A DNA stretch of 64,000 nt from an uncultured Chloroflexia bacterium (GTDB lineage Bacteria; Chloroflexota; UBA6077; JACCZL01), in assembly GCA_963765765.1 (NCBI GenBank), contig CAVXYC010000002.1:120257-184256 (forward strand). The letters run 5' to 3'. Position numbers and translations under genes: made by a program. Shown here in pieces: positions 60,919 through 64,000 of the stretch. Positions within the stretch are counted from its first letter, which is position 1. Each line of letters begins with the position of its first letter. A model generated the notes under the pieces. It ran no database searches. It was not told where the DNA came from and saw nothing but the letters and a program-made list of their open reading frames with translations.

Positions 60919-61776
60919 ATGACCGAACGAGACTGGCTGGCGGAGCGCTTCGAAGAGCAGCGGGACCGTCTGCGCGCCGTGGCCTACCGCATGCTGGGCT
61001 CGACGAGCGAGGCCGATGATGCCGTCCAGGAGGCGTGGCTCCGCCTGAGCCGAACCGACGCTTCCTCCGTGGACAATATGGCGGGCTGGCTGACCACCAC
61101 GGTCGGCCGCATCTGCCTGGATATGCTGCGCTCCCGCAAGTCGCGCCGCGAGGAGTCGTTGGACGACCTCGTGCCGCTGCCTGCTGGAGCTCAGAATCCG
61201 GAGGACGAAGCGGTGCTGGCCGAGTCCGTTGGCCTGGCGCTGCTGGTTGTCCTGGACACGCTGGGCCCGGCGGAGCGCGTGGCGTTCGTGCTGCACGACA
61301 TCTTTGACATGCCGTTCGAGGAGATCGCGCCCGTCGTGGGCCGCTCCACGGACGCCACCCGGCAGCTGGCCAGTCGCGCCCGCCGCAGAGTTCGTGGCGC
61401 GCACGAGCCCGAGGCGCCAGCCGGCCAGCGGCGGCGCATCGTGGAGGCCTTTCTGGCGGCGGCGCGCGCCGGCGACTTTCAGGGCCTGCTGAACGTCCTG
61501 GATCCGGACGTGGTAGTGCGTGCCGACGGCGCCGGCATCACGGCCGGCTCGCCGCGCGAGGTGCGCGGCGCCGCGGCGGTGGCCGAGCAGTTCGTTGGCC
61601 GGGCGCAGGCCGCCCGCGCCGCCCTGGTTGACGGTCAGATGGGCATCGTCGTGATCGTCGGCGGCCAGCCGAGGCTGGCCGTGCGGGTGACGTTCGCCGG
61701 CGACCGCATCGCCGCGCTCGACGGCATCGGCGACCTCGCGCACCTCGCCCAGCTGCAGCTCACGCCGTTCGAATAG
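60919..61776 (+). CDS. ECF41 (SigJ-like) sigma factor with C-terminal SnoaL-like domain
   Basis: AYRMLGS, VQEAWLR, ERVAFVLHDIF, RQLASRARR, LDPDVVVRADG. Confidence 0.92.
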   Translation: MTERDWLAERFEEQRDRLRAVAYRMLGSTSEADDAVQEAWLRLSRTDASSVDNMAGWLTTTVGRICLDMLRSRKSRREESLDDLVPLPAGAQNPEDEAVLAESVGLALLVVLDTLGPAERVAFVLHDIFDMPFEEIAPVVGRSTDATRQLASRARRRVRGAHEPEAPAGQRRRIVEAFLAAARAGDFQGLLNVLDPDVVVRADGAGITAGSPREVRGAAAVAEQFVGRAQAARAALVDGQMGIVVIVGGQPRLAVRVTFAGDRIAALDGIGDLAHLAQLQLTPFE

Positions 61777-61859
61777 CGCTCGCCAGCAAGGCGTTTGGAA
61801 ATGCGGCAAGGCTAACCCGGGTTATTTCACCGGTGGCTACGATTATCCGCTCGTCTCAC

Positions 61860-61979
61860 TGTCATCCTGAGGGACGGAGGATCTCCAGGATGTCGGTGCC
61901 CGCGCAGGAAGCCAACAACCCCAGGCCCGTGATCGCGGTCGCCGATGTCCGTGCAGATCCTTCGTCCCTCAGGATGACA
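61860..61979. repeat. REP-like inverted pair (TGTCATCCTGAG family), copy 3
   Basis: tgtcatcctgagggacggaggatct ... agatccttcgtccctcaggatgaca. Confidence 0.82.
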
Positions 61980-62058
61980 AGGAGATATGTACTTGATGAA
62001 AAGAGACCGGTGAATAATCCGGGTTAAGCGGGCGGCGCTGTTCCGCTGGCGCGGATCG

Positions 62059-62360
62059 CTAGGCGGCATACACCTGGCGACCTTCGCGCTGGACCGTTGC
62101 CGGCAGGGAGGCGGCGGCCCCGAGCATCCAGTCGAAGTAGTCGCTCGTCATGATCACAATGTCGACCGGGGCACCCACACCCCACATCGCGCCGTTCGCC
62201 CGCACCTCCAGCTCGCGCCCTCATCCGTCCGCTCACGTACTGTGACCAGCAGGTCGTAGTCGCTGTCCTCGCGGGCGTCGCCCCGGGCCCGTGAGCCAAA
62301 CAGGTAAACCCGCTCAGGGGCAAGCGTGTCCACCAGGCGGCGGACGATCTCATCGAGCAC
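62059..62360 (-). pseudogene. Minimal nucleotidyltransferase (MNT antitoxin-like), frameshifted; partner HEPN not evident
   Basis: ERVYLFGSRARGDAREDSDYDLLV; ends VQREGRQVYAA*. Confidence 0.72.
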
Positions 62361-62417
62361 GGGGTCGCTCGGCGGGGCCGCCGGCGAGCTGCCGCGGTGC
62401 CCGCCGACCTTACGCCC

Positions 62418-62484
62418 TCACCACTTCTTGATCACTTCCTTCACCGCCAGCAGGCCATCTTCGATGCGTGTAGTGAGCGCTTCA
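62418..62484 (-). pseudogene. 3' remnant of a gene interrupted by the IS
   Basis: EALTTRIEDGLLAVKEVIKKW* begins exactly at the IS end. Confidence 0.45.
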
Positions 62485-63997
62485 CAGGACTCCGTAGAGT
62501 GTGACAGGAATGGGACGCGGCGGGGCGTCGGCGTGGTGGTGCCCAGCCGGTGCGCTGGGACGGCGATGGAACGCACGCCCACGGCCCCGCTCGCGGGAGT
62601 CCGCGACCGCCTGGAAGACTACGCGCGCGGGTTCCGGCCCCGCTTCCAGCGGATCGACCAGAGCCTGCATGCCCGCGAGTACCTGCACGGGCTGCTGCTG
62701 GACGGCGAGCGGAAGTCGGTCGAGCCCTGATGGCGGGCGCCTGGGGGCAACGAGCAAAACCTGCAGCAGTTCGTCAATCAGAGCCCCTGGGATCCGGCGC
62801 CCGTCCTGCGCGCCTATCGCGCGCGGATGGCCGCGGCGTTCGCCGAGTGACGCGGCGGGACTATCGTCGTCGACGACACCGGGTTCCCGAAACAGGGCAG
62901 GCACTCGGTGGGGGTCGCGTCGCCAATAGTCGCGGACCTGCGGGAAGCGGGCCAACTGCCAGGTGGCGACCTCGCTCCACTACGCGAGCGCGCAGGCGAC
63001 TACCCGCGGCGCTGCGGCTGTACCTCCCGGGGTCGTGGACCAGCGACCCGAGCGGCTCGACAAAGCCGGGGTGCCCGCGGCGAGCGGGCCTTCCGGACGA
63101 AGTGGGAGATCGCGCTGGATCTGCTGGATAGGTGCGGGCGGAGGATCTGCCGCGCCGGGCTGACGTGGCCGAGCGCCTATGGCGCGTGTGACGGGTTTCG
63201 GGACGGACTCGACGAGCGCGGGGAGCGGTACATCGTCGGGCTGATCGGCGAGGAGAAGGTGCTGACGGAGCCGCCCCGGTGGGTGCCGCGCGTCCCGAAG
63301 GACGCGGGCCGCATCCGCGCGCCCATCTGGCCGAGGACGGGCCGAGCCGGTGGCGATCCGCACCTGGCCGAGACGTTGGAACGGACGCCGATCTGCTGGA
63401 GCGAGGGACGAAGGGCACGCGGAGGCCGAGTTCGCGGCGGTGCGGGTTTGGCCGGTCCACCGGGTAGATCAATGGCGTGCCATCGCGGAGCCCGATTCGG
63501 GAACGCTGAGGCCGCCGCCTGCTGGCTGCTGGTGGAGTAGGCAGAAGGGACGGCACAATCAAGTACGCCCTCTCGAACCTGCCGCCGGAACCAACAATCA
63601 GAACAGGCCGTCGGCCTCTGGGAGGAGCGCTGGCAAGAGGAGTGCGGCTTACGAGCAGCTCAAGGGCGAGTTGGGCCTCGACCACTTCGAGGGGCGAGCT
63701 GGCCCGGCTTCCATCATCATGCCGCCATGACCTTCCTGGCGTACGGCTTCCTCGCCCTCGAACGGGCCCGCCCAGCGGCGCCGCCACCGGAGGATCCCTG
63801 GGGACCACCTCCCGAATCGACGGCGGAGCCACCCGAGGGCGAGCCAGCGTTGGGGGAAGGGCGCCGCGTCGGCGCGGCCTCGGCAGCATCAGACACGCCC
63901 ATCCAAACGCTCCTCCACCCGACCCGCCCCCGGCTTCGTCTGTCCCCACTGCGGCCACGCCGTCGGCTTCACCTAACACCGACTTAACGGAGTCCTA
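62485..63997 (+). mobile_element. IS701-family insertion sequence with frameshifted DDE transposase
   Basis: YLHGLLLDGERKSVEP, QNLQQFVNQSPWD, VDDTGFPKQGRHSVGV, RLYLP..W, YEQLKGELGLDHFEGR; terminal IRs (C/T)AGGACTCCGT..AGT; TCA on both flanks. Confidence 0.88.
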
Positions 63998-64000
63998 TCA

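Noticed and set aside
62861-63979. 372-aa minus-strand ORF
   Set aside because: Antisense to the IS701 transposase; low-complexity Arg/Pro content

Overview
High-GC bacterial genomic window; gene content, lipoprotein solute-binding proteins and recurrent leaderless-type promoters suggest a soil Chloroflexota- or Actinomycetota-like organism (inference). It is accessory and catabolic DNA with no rRNA, tRNA, CRISPR array or core housekeeping operon that I can see. Contents: an S8 subtilase with C-terminal HFYT repeats preceded by a free-standing copy of its own prodomain; an XRE-cupin/CxxC oxidoreductase/methyltransferase module; hydrolases; an atypical P450; orphan solute-binding proteins; an ~11 kb co-oriented catabolic cluster (TAXI-like, HMT, GatC-like small protein, two amidases, Rieske oxygenase, two SDRs, PuuE-like deacetylase, Bug/TctC); three TauD/TfdA dioxygenases; several amidohydrolases; two Gfo/Idh/MocA paralogs; MazEF, HigBA and a damaged MNT-HEPN locus; two ECF sigma modules; GH15; at least six kinds of REP-like inverted repeats; and an IS701-family element at the right edge. 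About 16 genes carry single-base frameshifts, probably long-read errors. Family calls come from motif recognition, not database searches.
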